Shown: positions 21,521 to 32,738, counted from the first letter of the stretch. The stretch: 64,000 nt of DNA from Candidatus Bathyarchaeota archaeon (GCA_963807605.1 CAWECG010000004.1:224001-288000), one strand, 5' to 3'. Notes: generated from the sequence alone by a model not told the origin. Program-made: numbers and translations.

Positions 21521-22423
21521 TTAGGTACTGACTTCCAGCCTCATCATGTCAGATGCTAAGATCGTATTTTGGAAGATTGTCTTTGCCTCCTTCAGAAGAG
21601 TGCTCGCATCCTCATAAATTGCGCTTATGTGAAGTAACACTAGCTTGTCTGCCCCCGCCGTCTTGGCTACCGTTGCTGCTTCCTCAGCCGAAGAGTGACC
21701 GTACTCCCGTGCTTTCTCTTTCTTTGAATTGTCAAATGTACAATCATGCATTAATAACGTCGCACCCTTGGCTAGTTTGATCCCAGAACTGCAAGGTCGT
21801 GTGTCCGTAATGTATACCACCTTGATTCCTCCTCTCGGCGGACCTAGGACCTGGTCAGGCCTTATCCGGATTCCTCTAGTCGTGATGGTTTCGCCCAGTT
21901 GTAGTTTCTTCCACAGAGGGCCTTCGGGAATCTCGAGGGCTCTGGCTTTGGCAGGGTTGAATCTTCCAGGCTTGTTCTTCTCAGCTAATGCGAAGCCCAA
22001 GCAGGGAACTCCGTGCTCAAGAGCTGCAGTCTCAACAGTGTACTCTTTCTCGTCCAGTATGGTGCCAGGAGTCACTTGATGGATCTCCAATTGAAAACGC
22101 TGGTTGAACCTTACTGTCCTATTGAAGGCATCGATAAAGTCTGCTATGCCTTCGGGACCGTAAATCTCGAGCTTTCTTTCTCGTCCAAGGAATGACATAG
22201 ATTGAAATAACCCGGGCAAGCCCAGAACATGGTCTCCATGCATGTGGCTTATGAACACCTTCATCTTCCTGTTGAACCCAAGCTTCGCGGTTGCCATCTG
22301 CCTTTGTGAACATTCACCGCAATCGAACATGAATAGCTCGGCTCCCCTTCGAAGGACAGTACTAGGCAGACCCCTATCCCTAGTCGGCATGGTGCCGCCA
22401 GTCCCTAAGAATATGAGCTCCAT
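21521..22423 (-). CDS. rnz: Ribonuclease Z
   Basis: FLGTGG..PT..R, FDCGE, SHMHGDH, PEGP exosite, TDTRP and GHSS motifs. Confidence 0.95.
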   Translation of the reverse strand: MELIFLGTGGTMPTRDRGLPSTVLRRGAELFMFDCGECSQRQMATAKLGFNRKMKVFISHMHGDHVLGLPGLFQSMSFLGRERKLEIYGPEGIADFIDAFNRTVRFNQRFQLEIHQVTPGTILDEKEYTVETAALEHGVPCLGFALAEKNKPGRFNPAKARALEIPEGPLWKKLQLGETITTRGIRIRPDQVLGPPRGGIKVVYITDTRPCSSGIKLAKGATLLMHDCTFDNSKKEKAREYGHSSAEEAATVAKTAGADKLVLLHISAIYEDASTLLKEAKTIFQNTILASDMMRLEVST

Positions 22424-23487
22424 GGAAGTCTCCTTCTATGCTCTTGTTTGCTTAGGCTGAAAACAATGATCTCTCGTGTAAGACTTCTGTGTACCCTTAC
22501 GACGTGACTCTCAACAATGTTTAAGCCCGCTCCTAGAACGAGTCTGCGGACGTCTGTTTCAAGTGCACTGGCGAGACAGACGAATCCATCATGTGATAAT
22601 ATCGATGGAACTTCACTCAGGAAGTCCTTGACGAGTCTTTTCGGTTCTGAGCCCATAGTCGAGGCCTCACGGCCGTAAGGAGGATCCGTTGCTATCGAGG
22701 GAGCTTTTAGGTATGGAATTCTTCTGGCGTCTGCAAGGATGAGCCCGTCAGGCTCTAGGTTGAAATGCTTGATGTTTTTGCAAGCGCTGCGAACCATCCT
22801 TAAGTTCAGATCTGAACCAAGAATGCGACAACCCATTATTCCCGCTTCAATCAATATGCCTCCGACCCCGCAAAAAGGGTCTATTAGAACTTCACCCTTC
22901 CTAGCCCTTGCAAGATTCACAAGACACCGTGCAAATCTTGGTTTAACGGTTGAAGGATGAAAAGCAGGTCGCCGTTTTGGTTTACGCTGGTCTTCGCCTA
23001 GGTCTTGTCGTCGACCGACTACCGAACAAAGGGCAAAATACCCTTCACCAATTATTCCGACAAACTCGTGTTCGGGCGTGTTCAGATCTACTTTGGATTC
23101 GGGAACGGACTTTGATACTCTATCACCAATCTTCGACTGTAGTTGAAGCCTACGTAGGTGTCTGGACGAGCCGAGGATCCTTATGACCTTCACAGAGAAG
23201 CTTCTCCCTGGATCTAGAAATTCCGCAAAGGGGGTCCTTGAAGCGGCTTTTAGTATAGCCTTCTGATCATCAGCGCATTGGAAAACGAGATGGCCTGCGG
23301 CTTCACACATTCCTGATCGTTGTACAACCGCACAAATGCATTCTTGGTTCGCGGTAAGAGTGAGGAGACTCGGCGCCAACTTTACGTCATCATAGTCAAA
23401 TTTCTCAGACTCGAGTATTGCCAGCACCTCTGCCGCTGGGAGAGTCTGATGCTCGCCAGAGAGTTGAAAGAAAAGCCTTGAATTCAC
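22405..23487 (-). CDS. tRNA (guanine-N2)-methyltransferase, Trm11/TrmG10 type (THUMP + MTase)
   Basis: LSGEH..LP.AE, DPFCGVGG, TDPPYGR and VHRSLTR motifs. Confidence 0.88.
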   Translation of the reverse strand: MNSRLFFQLSGEHQTLPAAEVLAILESEKFDYDDVKLAPSLLTLTANQECICAVVQRSGMCEAAGHLVFQCADDQKAILKAASRTPFAEFLDPGRSFSVKVIRILGSSRHLRRLQLQSKIGDRVSKSVPESKVDLNTPEHEFVGIIGEGYFALCSVVGRRQDLGEDQRKPKRRPAFHPSTVKPRFARCLVNLARARKGEVLIDPFCGVGGILIEAGIMGCRILGSDLNLRMVRSACKNIKHFNLEPDGLILADARRIPYLKAPSIATDPPYGREASTMGSEPKRLVKDFLSEVPSILSHDGFVCLASALETDVRRLVLGAGLNIVESHVVRVHRSLTREIIVFSLSKQEHRRRLPWSSYS

Positions 23488-24365
23488 AGAATCTGCCTCA
23501 GCGACTCTGCAACTGCCGGAGCTACAGAGATCTTACTGAGGGAGCTGGGCACAGTATCTGTCCCTATTATTTCCATAACACCTTCTTTTCGCATATTCTC
23601 TTCAGCATCTCCGATTAGCAACGCGTGGGTACATGCGGCTATGATCTTTCTTGGTCGCTTCCTCTTTACGATCCTAGCAACATTTGCGATGGTCGACCCA
23701 GTCGAGATCATATCATCGAGAATCACCACATCTCTTCCCTCTAGTTTGAGTTCTCTGTCGGTCGTAACAACCTGCCCAGTAATTCTGTCCCTATGCTTTT
23801 CGAAATACGTGTGGTCTGTTCCCAAAATGGAAGCTACCAGTCGAGCATGAGTAGCGGCGCCGCTGTCTGGCGCCAATATATATGGTCGCGAAAGCTTCAG
23901 GTTCTTCAAGTACTCGGCTAGCAAGGGAATCGCTGACACGTTTATCGTCTTCGTCTTAAAGGACTTTAGTGATTGTTCGTTGTGGACGTCAACTGTCACC
24001 AGAAGATCTGTGCCCACAGACTCGATTAGTTTTCCGACCGCCACGTTACTTATAACCTCGCCAGTCCTGAAACGTTTGTCCTGTCGGGCATAGGCGAGGT
24101 AAGGAACCACCGCAATGGTGCGCTTTGCCCCGAGTTCTTTGGCTGCATTTAGAGTTAAGAGCAATTCGATGAGTCGCTTGTCTTGTTGGGGAAAACAGGA
24201 TTGGACAACGACGAGATCTTCATCATTGAAATTTCCTGCAAATCTCAGATACGATTCTCCGTCTGGGAAGCTCTTCGATTCAATCGCTATTCGGTTCGCC
24301 CGCAATTTCTCAGCTAGCTTGGTACTCAGCATCTCGAATTCAGGTCTGCAAGCAATAATCACCAA
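23484..24365 (-). CDS. prs: Ribose-phosphate pyrophosphokinase
   Basis: FPDGE, PYLAYARQD, APDSGA and DDMISTGSTI motifs. Confidence 0.95.
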   Translation of the reverse strand: MVIIACRPEFEMLSTKLAEKLRANRIAIESKSFPDGESYLRFAGNFNDEDLVVVQSCFPQQDKRLIELLLTLNAAKELGAKRTIAVVPYLAYARQDKRFRTGEVISNVAVGKLIESVGTDLLVTVDVHNEQSLKSFKTKTINVSAIPLLAEYLKNLKLSRPYILAPDSGAATHARLVASILGTDHTYFEKHRDRITGQVVTTDRELKLEGRDVVILDDMISTGSTIANVARIVKRKRPRKIIAACTHALLIGDAEENMRKEGVMEIIGTDTVPSSLSKISVAPAVAESLRQIL

Positions 24366-24414
24366 TTCAAGTACCTCCTCAGATAGGTTCAGTGTAGTGA
24401 AAAGCCTGGGTATG

Positions 24415-24870
24415 TCAATCAGATCTTACGACAACAGTTCTTGCAAGAGTATCTCCAAGACGTTTTCTTCCCTTCGTAGATATTAGCGATATGAGCCCTA
24501 TTATGTAATAAGTTAGCAGGAAGTCGAGAATTCGGAGTATGTTTCTGACCAAGGTTTGGCGCATACTGCATCTTAACCCACCTTCACTGACTACCTTAAT
24601 GTTCATGAATTTCTTTCCGAGTGTTTGCCCGCTAGATCCTTCAAAGTACATCTAATAAACGATCCATACTGCTGATAGCAACCCAAAGAGAACGAGACTC
24701 AAAGGTTGACCCAGCAGCGACCAAGGTGTGGAGAGTGAACGAAAAGATCTGCCGGTGACAAGCAGGAAGAACACAAGTGCGATTGCTAATGTGATGACGA
24801 AATCAATCATACCTGCGATTAGACGACTTCCTATGTTGGCATAAAGTGACATAGGCATACCTGCAAACAA
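24415..24870 (-). pseudogene. RDD family membrane protein interrupted by in-frame TAG (24652-24654)
   Basis: YANIGSRLIAGMID...VY*MYFEG..GQTLGK...RNILRILD...RLGD..ART.VV reads in one frame across the stop. Confidence 0.75.
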
Positions 24871-25100
24871 TGACAGTGTATGTCGCGGTGACGGTATAAA
24901 CCTCTAACTCTGGCTCACCACCAAGAAGGCCACTGGCCAGTTTTTCAACTATGTGTTTAACTATTTGTCATAGCGTGCGCATTTCCCTCTTAACAAAAAC
25001 ATGAGAATGATGACGAATCTGGGGACAATGTCTCATACCGAATTACCATCATCTTAAATAGCAACTAAACTAGTCTGATGGGCTATCCCAATCAGCACAC

Positions 25101-26375
25101 GTGATACCCGCCATGTCCTTTTCACCTGAACAGATTGGTGACTGGAGAAAATACTTCACCCAGCTTCCCCTGAAAGTAGAGCCGATGATAGACGACTCGA
25201 CCCTCAGGGATGGCGTTCAGATGCCCGGAGTAGCCGCGTCACCAGAACATACAGCAGAGATAGCGCAACTACTGGACGAGATAGGCGTGGATAGGATTGA
25301 AGTACACCACTTCCAAGAACCTGACAAGAAAGCTGTCAAGCTGATACATGAGAAGAACCTCCGAGCTAGAATAGCAGGCTGGTGTAGGGCAGTAAAAGAG
25401 GACATCGATAACGCCATAAATCTTGACTTCAAGGAAATCGGGATATCTCATCCGGTATCCTATATACACATAGCCTCGAAGTGGCCGGGCACTTCCTCTC
25501 AAGACATTCTCTCCAGAGTCACTGATGTCGTAGAATATGCGGCGAAGGATCATGGACTTAGGGTGTTCGTCCACGGCGAAGACAGCACGAGAGCTGACTG
25601 GGATTTCGAAAAGAGATTCATCAACACTGTTGCGGAAGCGGGAGCCGAAGTATACAGGATCTGTGACACAGTAGGGGTCGCACTCTCAGACCCCGCAGCA
25701 GCGCTGCCAAACGGAATACCTGCAAAGATAAAGGCCATCCGAAAAGAGACAAAGATAGATTGCATCGAGATTCATGCACATGATGATCTAGGGAACGCGG
25801 TTGAGAACACGCTCGCAGCAGTCAGAGCCGCCTCCGGTCTATATGAGAAGATCTATAGTAGCACAACCTTTCTAGGAATTGGTGAACGTGCCGGAAACGC
25901 AGAGACAGAGAAAGTTATACTGAATCTCTATCTTCACCATGGGGTAAAGAAGTATGAAAAGCAACTCCACAAGTTTAAGCAGGTTGCAGATTTAATCAGC
26001 AAAGCTACAGGGATAACGATCCCCCCAAACAAAGCTATCGTGGGAGATTACGCCTTTGCGCATGAGTCGGGAATCCATGCACACGGCGTTTTGAGCAACC
26101 CGCTTACTTACGAGCTCTATCCCCCAGAACTGGTTGGCAATCGCAGACTAATGACCGTCGGCAAACAATCAGGCAGAGCAGCAATTAAACACAAGATGGA
26201 AGAGATCCTTGGACAGCCGATAGATAAGAATGAACAGGCAGTCGAAGAGGTTGTCGTAAGAGTCAAGAAGATCTATGAAGACGGCAGGAAAGCCTCCCTG
26301 AGTGATGCAGAGTTCGATCAGATCTTGATGGAATTCGGGTACCTAAAAAACCGGGGAAAAGTTAAGCGCCCTTAG
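25101..26375 (+). CDS. DRE-TIM metallolyase, homocitrate/isopropylmalate/Re-citrate synthase family
   Basis: DSTLRDGVQ, HAHDDLG.A, GIGERAGNA and FAHESGIH motifs. No LeuA regulatory domain. Confidence 0.85.
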   Translation: MIPAMSFSPEQIGDWRKYFTQLPLKVEPMIDDSTLRDGVQMPGVAASPEHTAEIAQLLDEIGVDRIEVHHFQEPDKKAVKLIHEKNLRARIAGWCRAVKEDIDNAINLDFKEIGISHPVSYIHIASKWPGTSSQDILSRVTDVVEYAAKDHGLRVFVHGEDSTRADWDFEKRFINTVAEAGAEVYRICDTVGVALSDPAAALPNGIPAKIKAIRKETKIDCIEIHAHDDLGNAVENTLAAVRAASGLYEKIYSSTTFLGIGERAGNAETEKVILNLYLHHGVKKYEKQLHKFKQVADLISKATGITIPPNKAIVGDYAFAHESGIHAHGVLSNPLTYELYPPELVGNRRLMTVGKQSGRAAIKHKMEEILGQPIDKNEQAVEEVVVRVKKIYEDGRKASLSDAEFDQILMEFGYLKNRGKVKRP

Positions 26376-26817
26376 TAATCCTGAGATCTTCTTTTACTGT
26401 TGTAAGCACGACATGCGTTACTGTTCTCTCAACATTAGGCATCGCCAGAAGCGACTTCACAAACTGGCTGAGCTCACTTCTTGTCGTGAACTTGCATATG
26501 ACCATGGCATCCGTCTCTCCAGTAACATCGTAGACCTGATGTACCATAGGATTCTTGGCAATCTCTCTCTCAACCTCTAAAAGTCTGCCTTTAGAGACAA
26601 CAAGCTCAACTATCGCAGTCTCATAACCAAGTCTCTTCGGATCGACAATAGCTGAATAGCCTTTAATGACACCTTTCTCCTCGAGATTCTTCACCCTATT
26701 GATGACCGTCGCAACAGATGTTCCTACCTTAGCAGAGAGTTCTCTGAAAGATCTTCGAGCATTACTCTGCAACTCGAACAATAACTTATAATCCAGCTCA
26801 TCCAGTGCTTCGATCAA
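26362..26817 (-). CDS. Lrp/AsnC family transcriptional regulator
   Basis: LDELDYKLL..LQ.NARRSF HTH and VYDVTGETD RAM domain. Confidence 0.92.
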   Translation of the reverse strand: MIEALDELDYKLLFELQSNARRSFRELSAKVGTSVATVINRVKNLEEKGVIKGYSAIVDPKRLGYETAIVELVVSKGRLLEVEREIAKNPMVHQVYDVTGETDAMVICKFTTRSELSQFVKSLLAMPNVERTVTHVVLTTVKEDLRITKGA

Positions 26818-27020
26818 TTAACATCTGTCCATAATTGAAAATACGTGTGGATAAATGTCTATCCAAGGAATAAGCCATGCAGTCGATTGGTAACGGAAGA
26901 CCGAGAGGGAACTACCAGTTCAAGCTTTACGAAAAACCTATCCATATAGAAAAGGAAGAATGGTGCCGCCTGAACGTTTGGCTGGCACCCTAATAGTACT
27001 ACAAACTGTCGGTCAAGCCT

Positions 27021-28577
27021 ATGATCCACAAAGAAGAACCCGATACAATACTTGTTCTCGACTTCGGAGGGCAGTACGCGCATCTCATAGCTAGAAGAAT
27101 AAGAGAACAGAAAGTCTACTCTGAAGTCGTACCATGCGACATAACAGTCGAAGAGATAGAGTCCAAGAAGCCTCAAATGAACATCAAGGGTCTAATTCTC
27201 TCTGGTGGTCCGTCAAGCGTATACGGGCGGAATGCTCCTAGTTGTGATGCCAGAATACTTCACGTGGATCTTCCGATCCTAGGGATCTGCTACGGGCATC
27301 AACTCATAGCGCAAGAAGCTAAAGGCAAAGTCAGACCCGGAGAAAAGACTGAGTATGGATTGACATACGTCACGATAGATCGTCCAGTCGGCATCCTCAA
27401 AGGCTTGGAAAAGACCGAGAAGGTCTGGATGAGCCACAGTGACACCGTATTTGCTCTTCCGAAAGAATTCGAGGTGCTGGCGCATTCAGACATCAGCCCA
27501 GTGGCAGCCTTCAAACATAAATCGCGACCGCTGTACGGGACACAATGGCACCCAGAGGTTGTCCACACAGAGAAAGGAATTGTGGTGCTCAGGAATTTCA
27601 TCTTCGATGTGTGTGGATGCAAACCTAACTGGATTGTAGACGACTACGTAGAGAACGCCATCAATGAGGTAGGGAAGACAGTCGGTCAATCCAAGGCCGT
27701 TGTGGCTCTAAGCGGGGGTGTAGACTCAAGTGTTACCGCAGCCATCGCATCTCGAGCCATCGGTAAGAACCTAAGCGCGATCATGATCGACCATGGCTTC
27801 CTTAGAGAGGACGAGCCAGAAACTGTCAAATCGATCTTCAGCAAGTTCGAGATGAACCTCATCGTCTTGGATGAGAGAGAGCGTTTCTTGAGTAGACTTC
27901 GAAAAATTACAGATCCTGAAGAAAAACGGAAGGTCATCGGGGAAGAATTCATACGGTCATTCGAGCGCGCCGCTGAGAAACTTGATGCCGACTATCTAAT
28001 CCAGGGGACAATATATCCTGACAGAATAGAATCTGGATTCAAGAAGCACTCCGACAAGATCAAGACGCATCATAACGTGGCTGGCCTACCGGATGCTATC
28101 AGCTTCAAGGCAATAGTCGAGCCGATAAGAGACCTCTACAAAGACGAGGTTAGATTGATAGCAAAGAGGTTGGATCTCCCCAAGGAGATATGGGGAAGGC
28201 AACCTTTCCCAGGACCAGGACTCGCAGTAAGGATAATCGGTGAGGTTACTGAAGAAAAGCTGGCGATACTGAAGCGAGCCGACCGGATCGTGACTGAGGA
28301 GATAGAGAAGGCAGGTCTCGAAAAGGAACTATGGCAATACTTTGCAGTGCTGACCGACTCAAAGAGTACAGGCGTAAAGGGCGACGCTAGAGCTTATGGG
28401 TACACAGTAGCTGTCAGGGCTGTCAAGAGCCTAGACGGGATGACCGCCAGCTTTGCAAGTCTACCATACGAACTGTTGGGGCAAATATCGTCGAGACTGA
28501 CGAACGAGGTCCAGCAAATTGTCCGCGTAGTCTACGACATAACACACAAGCCTCCAGCAACCATAGAGTGGGAATAA
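27021..28577 (+). CDS. guaA: GMP synthase (fused GATase + ATPPase)
   Basis: LDFGGQY, GICYGHQ, QWHPEV, SGGVDSS, IKTHHN and KPPATIEWE motifs. Confidence 0.97.
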   Translation: MIHKEEPDTILVLDFGGQYAHLIARRIREQKVYSEVVPCDITVEEIESKKPQMNIKGLILSGGPSSVYGRNAPSCDARILHVDLPILGICYGHQLIAQEAKGKVRPGEKTEYGLTYVTIDRPVGILKGLEKTEKVWMSHSDTVFALPKEFEVLAHSDISPVAAFKHKSRPLYGTQWHPEVVHTEKGIVVLRNFIFDVCGCKPNWIVDDYVENAINEVGKTVGQSKAVVALSGGVDSSVTAAIASRAIGKNLSAIMIDHGFLREDEPETVKSIFSKFEMNLIVLDERERFLSRLRKITDPEEKRKVIGEEFIRSFERAAEKLDADYLIQGTIYPDRIESGFKKHSDKIKTHHNVAGLPDAISFKAIVEPIRDLYKDEVRLIAKRLDLPKEIWGRQPFPGPGLAVRIIGEVTEEKLAILKRADRIVTEEIEKAGLEKELWQYFAVLTDSKSTGVKGDARAYGYTVAVRAVKSLDGMTASFASLPYELLGQISSRLTNEVQQIVRVVYDITHKPPATIEWE

Positions 28578-28728
28578 AAAAGAAAATTCGGATGCATGTC
28601 GAAGCATTCTCTTTAGCGCGCGCGCTCGTTTCCGAGAAAACCCGAAGCCTAAAGGAAGATGATAAATATCAGTTCTGTACCTCACTTGCCTCCATTCCGT
28701 GCGAAGAGAATAACGAGGAATATACGAA

Positions 28729-29070
28729 GTGTGGCCAGAACTTTTCACTTCACTTCCCTTTGTATTCATGGTCTCTCTTGTGACTTCACTTCTGCTCTAT
28801 TGGTATGGCGGCAGAATATCTCCTAAAGTTGCAAAGAGCCCTGGTAAGCTTTCCCAATATGCTTGTGGCGAAGAGATGCCCGCTCAGAAGCTCCAAGTAA
28901 ACGTTGAACGTTTCTTCATCTATGCCGTTTACTTCCTTGTCTTTGATATCCTCGCATTTATGTTGGCAACAAGCCTTGGTAGCCCAGGATTCATGCCTGC
29001 GCTTTATGCCACTATCACGCTTCTTGCCGTAGTTCTTCTCCTCCCAATGCTGAAGAGTCGCATAGGCTGA
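28729..29070 (+). CDS. NuoA-like membrane subunit
   Basis: Three TM helices, YACGE loop and YFLVFD motif. Confidence 0.8.
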   Translation: MWPELFTSLPFVFMVSLVTSLLLYWYGGRISPKVAKSPGKLSQYACGEEMPAQKLQVNVERFFIYAVYFLVFDILAFMLATSLGSPGFMPALYATITLLAVVLLLPMLKSRIG

Positions 29071-29076
29071 ATCCAG

Positions 29077-29499
29077 ATGAATCTCGTAAAATGGTCTAGG
29101 CTAAAGTCTCCGTGGGTATTTCACTTCAATGCTGGCGGATGTAATGGCTGTGACATTGAGATCCTGGCCGCCCTCACCCCAAGATACGACATAGAAAGAT
29201 TTGGAATGATCCTGCGGGGAAGTCCTCGCCACGCAGATGTAATGTTGGTTACCGGAACAGTGACGAGGCAGATCTACAAAAGACTCAAGAGAATATACGA
29301 ACAGATGCCCGATCCAAAGTTCACATTGGCGCTTGGTAACTGCGCTTGCACAGGAGGAGTCTTTCAACAATGCTACAACGTTCACCAGGGAGTAGATAGT
29401 GTGATTCCGGTAGATGTCTACATTCCAGGTTGTCCGCCCAGACCTCAAGCAATCATAGACGGGGCCGTCAAACTACTTCAGAAGATTTCGAATAGCTGA
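29077..29499 (+). CDS. Group 4 [NiFe]-hydrogenase small subunit (NuoB-like)
   Basis: GGCNGCDIE (CxxC hydrogenase type rather than the NuoB CC), SPRHAD, GNCA and PGCPPRP. Confidence 0.9.
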   Translation: MNLVKWSRLKSPWVFHFNAGGCNGCDIEILAALTPRYDIERFGMILRGSPRHADVMLVTGTVTRQIYKRLKRIYEQMPDPKFTLALGNCACTGGVFQQCYNVHQGVDSVIPVDVYIPGCPPRPQAIIDGAVKLLQKISNS

Positions 29500-29506
29500 T
29501 GACAAT

Positions 29507-30001
29507 ATGTCGGAGACATCCAAAGAGCAAGAGATAGTTGAAAACCTCAAGGCTAGACTTGGCCAAAGCCTCCTTGATGTTCGAATTCAGAGACCACGAC
29601 GTATCTTCGCAACAGTGTCACAAGCCGTCCTCCTAGAAACTATCGGTTTCTTGTCAAAAGAATGCGGCCTGCGTCATCTTGCAGCTATTACTGGGATCGA
29701 TTTGGGGAATGATATAGGTGTGTACTACCATCTTCGAGACCAAACGATTACGTTTAACCTTAAGGTCACTACTCCAAAGACCGACCCCAAACTCCCAACA
29801 ATTCTACCCATGATCCCCGGTGCAGTGCTCTATGAAAGAGAGATCCATGACCTATTCGGAGTGGTCTTTGAAGGCCATCCAGACCTATCACCTGTTATCC
29901 TTCCGGAGGGCTGGCCCAAGGCCGTCTATCCTTTGAGGAAGGAATGGAAGACAGCTGCAATAATGGCAGAAGTTGCCAAGGCAGAGCTCGATGGGATATG
30001 A
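29507..30001 (+). CDS. NuoC-like subunit
   Basis: ITGID, YEREIHDLFGV.FEGHP and YPLRK motifs. Confidence 0.9.
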   Translation: MSETSKEQEIVENLKARLGQSLLDVRIQRPRRIFATVSQAVLLETIGFLSKECGLRHLAAITGIDLGNDIGVYYHLRDQTITFNLKVTTPKTDPKLPTILPMIPGAVLYEREIHDLFGVVFEGHPDLSPVILPEGWPKAVYPLRKEWKTAAIMAEVAKAELDGI

Positions 30002-31173
30002 GCGAATCAACATTCTCAATACCTGTTGGCCCCCAGCACCCAGCGCTCAAGGAGCCAGAGAACCTTACATTCACCGTGGACGGTGAACGCGTTGTCGATG
30101 TGAAGATTAGGCTGGGATACGTTCACAGGGGCGGAGAGAAAGCCTTCGAATCCAGAACTTACGTTCAAGGGCTATATCTCGTGGAAAGAATCTGTGGCAT
30201 CTGTGCGATGGCGCACCAACTCTGCTACGTCAACAACATTGAATCACTGATTGGTGCAGATATCCCGAGAAGAGCGGAGTATATTCGAACGATAATTTCC
30301 GAGCTGGAGAGAATTCACAGTCATCTCCTCTGGGTAGGTGTAGCCGGCCATGAGATAGGTTGGGACACGCTCTTCATGTATGCTTGGCGCGACCGTGAAG
30401 TAGTGCTTGACCTCATGGAACTCACGACTGGAAACAGAGTCCTCCACGCCATGAATACAATAGGTGGGGTGAGGCGCGACTTGACATCAGAAATGGTTGA
30501 CAAGATCAAGAAAGGAATGAGACACCTGGAAGAGCGCACGAGATACTACAAAACAATGATCCCTAAGGAAAGGACCCTCATGAAGAGGGCAGTTGGGGTT
30601 GGAGTACTAAGACCCCAAGACGCGGTCGCCTTGTGTGCCGTTGGGCCTACTCTGAGGGCAAGTGGGATAAAGAGAGATGTGAGGCGCGACGACCCGTATT
30701 CTGCTTATGATGAGATTCCATTTGAAGTCATCAGTTACGATGGCTGTGATGTGGCCGCCAGATTCCTTGTAAGGATTGACGAGTTGTTGGAATCTATAAA
30801 GATAGTCGATTATGCCCTAGAACATCTGCCATCTGGCCCTATTGGGATACGCTTGCCTAGGGCTGTTCCCGCTGGAGAAAACGTCAGCATCGTCGAAGCG
30901 CCAAGAGGTGAAGACCTACACTACCTAAAATCCAATGGAACGGATAAGCCAGAACGCTATAAGGTTAGAGCCCCGACCCTTGCCAATTGGCCTTCCGTGG
31001 CAACAATGATCAAAGGAGGCTACGTTGCAGACATACCGATAGTTCTAGCGGCAATAGATCCGTGCATGAGTTGCACTGACAGAATGACGTTTATTGACAT
31101 GAACTCGATGAAGAGCTGGCAGTGGACTCGTGATCAACTTAGAAGGTACTCGTTAAGATGGCGTGGCAAGTAG
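29998..31173 (+). CDS. Group 4 [NiFe]-hydrogenase large subunit (NuoD-like) with a cleavable C-terminal tail
   Basis: GPQHP, L1 ERICGIC and L2 DPCMSCTDR followed by a 29-aa extension. ATG 29998 overlaps the nuoC-like stop. Confidence 0.92.
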   Translation: MSESTFSIPVGPQHPALKEPENLTFTVDGERVVDVKIRLGYVHRGGEKAFESRTYVQGLYLVERICGICAMAHQLCYVNNIESLIGADIPRRAEYIRTIISELERIHSHLLWVGVAGHEIGWDTLFMYAWRDREVVLDLMELTTGNRVLHAMNTIGGVRRDLTSEMVDKIKKGMRHLEERTRYYKTMIPKERTLMKRAVGVGVLRPQDAVALCAVGPTLRASGIKRDVRRDDPYSAYDEIPFEVISYDGCDVAARFLVRIDELLESIKIVDYALEHLPSGPIGIRLPRAVPAGENVSIVEAPRGEDLHYLKSNGTDKPERYKVRAPTLANWPSVATMIKGGYVADIPIVLAAIDPCMSCTDRMTFIDMNSMKSWQWTRDQLRRYSLRWRGK

Positions 31174-32132
31174 CACTATTTGATCTGTTTAGCGTCATTA
31201 TCTATCCAGGTATAGTCTTCCTCATCGCCCTAGCACTACTCTACGAGTGGGTAGACCGAAGATACTTTGCGAAGCTGCAGAACAGGTACGGTCCGATCTA
31301 CACTGGTCCAAGAGGAATCCTTCAACCTTTGGCCGATCTAATAAAACTTCTAGCTAAAGAAGACATAGAACCATCAGCAGTGGACAGACCTATCTTTAGG
31401 GCAGTCCCGATACTGATTTTGACACTGCCACTAACAGCTCTATTCATGATCCCGATTACAGGAACTTCTGCTCTGGTTTCGTTCGAGGGCGATCTCATCT
31501 TCATAATATTCCTCATGACATTGGTCGCAGTCCTAGCCTTTCTCGGAGGATGGGGTTCAACGAATGTGTTCAGCACTCTAGGAGGAATGAGGGTAGCGTT
31601 TCAAACACTCGGATACGAAGTCCCGATGGCCATCTCCTTCATGGGCCCAGCCATTTTGGCAGGTTCACTTTCAATAAGCAAGATCGTCCAGTGGCAATCC
31701 TCGCAGGGTCTCTGGGCCATTTTGTTCAACCCGATTGGTTTCGGAATAGTAATCGCAGCCTCACTGGCGGAGCTTGAACGAATTCCGTTCGACATCCCCG
31801 AAGCCGAGACAGAGATAGTGGCTGGTTGGCAGACAGAATTCAGCGGAAGAAAGCTAGCCTTGATTAGATTAACCCTCGACATTGAGTTGGTACTGGCATC
31901 CGGTTTGATCACAGCGCTCTTCCTCGGAGGGCCGACAGGTCCAATACCCTTTGTACCTGGAATCATCTGGTTCATCATCAAGACTCTGGTAATAGTCTTG
32001 ATACTGGCGAATCTCAGAGCCTTATTCGCCCGATTTAGGATTGACCAGATGGTAAGCGGATCATGGAAGTATCTGGTTCCACTCTCAATATTTCAAATAG
32101 CCATTCTTGAACTTATCTTGGAGTGGATATAA
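31158..32132 (+). CDS. NuoH-like membrane subunit
   Basis: LQNRYGP, LQPLADLIKLLAKE and RIPFDIPEAETEIVAG motifs. Confidence 0.92.
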   Translation: MAWQVALFDLFSVIIYPGIVFLIALALLYEWVDRRYFAKLQNRYGPIYTGPRGILQPLADLIKLLAKEDIEPSAVDRPIFRAVPILILTLPLTALFMIPITGTSALVSFEGDLIFIIFLMTLVAVLAFLGGWGSTNVFSTLGGMRVAFQTLGYEVPMAISFMGPAILAGSLSISKIVQWQSSQGLWAILFNPIGFGIVIAASLAELERIPFDIPEAETEIVAGWQTEFSGRKLALIRLTLDIELVLASGLITALFLGGPTGPIPFVPGIIWFIIKTLVIVLILANLRALFARFRIDQMVSGSWKYLVPLSIFQIAILELILEWI

Positions 32133-32491
32133 AATTGGCCATGCAGAATGAGCTCATGAAGAGTCTCACAAAAAAGCCCGCCACTTTGCTCTACCCCTTT
32201 CAGAAGTATGAGTCAATACCCGGCTCAAGAGGCAAAGTGGTCGTGGACATATCAAAGTGCATCGGATGCAGCCTCTGCATTCGTGACTGCCCAGCCTTCG
32301 CATTGGAGATGGTAGGCAAAGGCGTGGACTGTGACATGAAGTGGTACGCTGACAGATGCGTATTTTGCGGTCAATGCGTAGAATCTTGTCCAAGGTCTGC
32401 AATAGCACAAGAGACGGTCTACGACTTATCGAGCACAGACAGATCTAATCTTGTAATCGACTACAAACGGGTCAGGCAATCTCAGCAGTGA
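32123..32491 (+). CDS. NuoI-like 2x[4Fe-4S] subunit
   Basis: CIGCSLCIRDCP and CVFCGQCVESCP. Confidence 0.92.
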   Translation: MDIKLAMQNELMKSLTKKPATLLYPFQKYESIPGSRGKVVVDISKCIGCSLCIRDCPAFALEMVGKGVDCDMKWYADRCVFCGQCVESCPRSAIAQETVYDLSSTDRSNLVIDYKRVRQSQQ

Positions 32492-32497
32492 TCGCCT

Positions 32498-32737
32498 ATG
32501 TTTGAAGATGTGATTCAACTCGTACTCCTAGTTGCGGCGTGTATCTTCGCAATATTGACTGTTGAACTTAGAGATCTCCTGCACACTGTAGTATCTCTCG
32601 CAGCCATGGCCGTTTCACTCGGAGCGATATTTTGGCTTCTCAATGCGCCGTATGTAGCAGTTTTCCAGATACTCATCTACGCAGGCGCCGTTATAGTGCT
32701 CTTCATAGCAGCTGTCATGCTGACGAGGAGGAAGTGA
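32498..32737 (+). CDS. NuoJ N-terminal half / MbhD-like membrane subunit
   Basis: LNAPYVAVFQILIYAGAVIVLFI motif. Confidence 0.82.
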   Translation: MFEDVIQLVLLVAACIFAILTVELRDLLHTVVSLAAMAVSLGAIFWLLNAPYVAVFQILIYAGAVIVLFIAAVMLTRRK

Positions 32738-32738
32738 A

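Noticed and set aside
24652-24654. Pyrrolysine or genome-wide TAG recoding
   Set aside because: Many conserved genes here (purB, hel308, mcm, nfnB, rfcS) end at TAG at their expected C-termini, and no pyl genes are seen.
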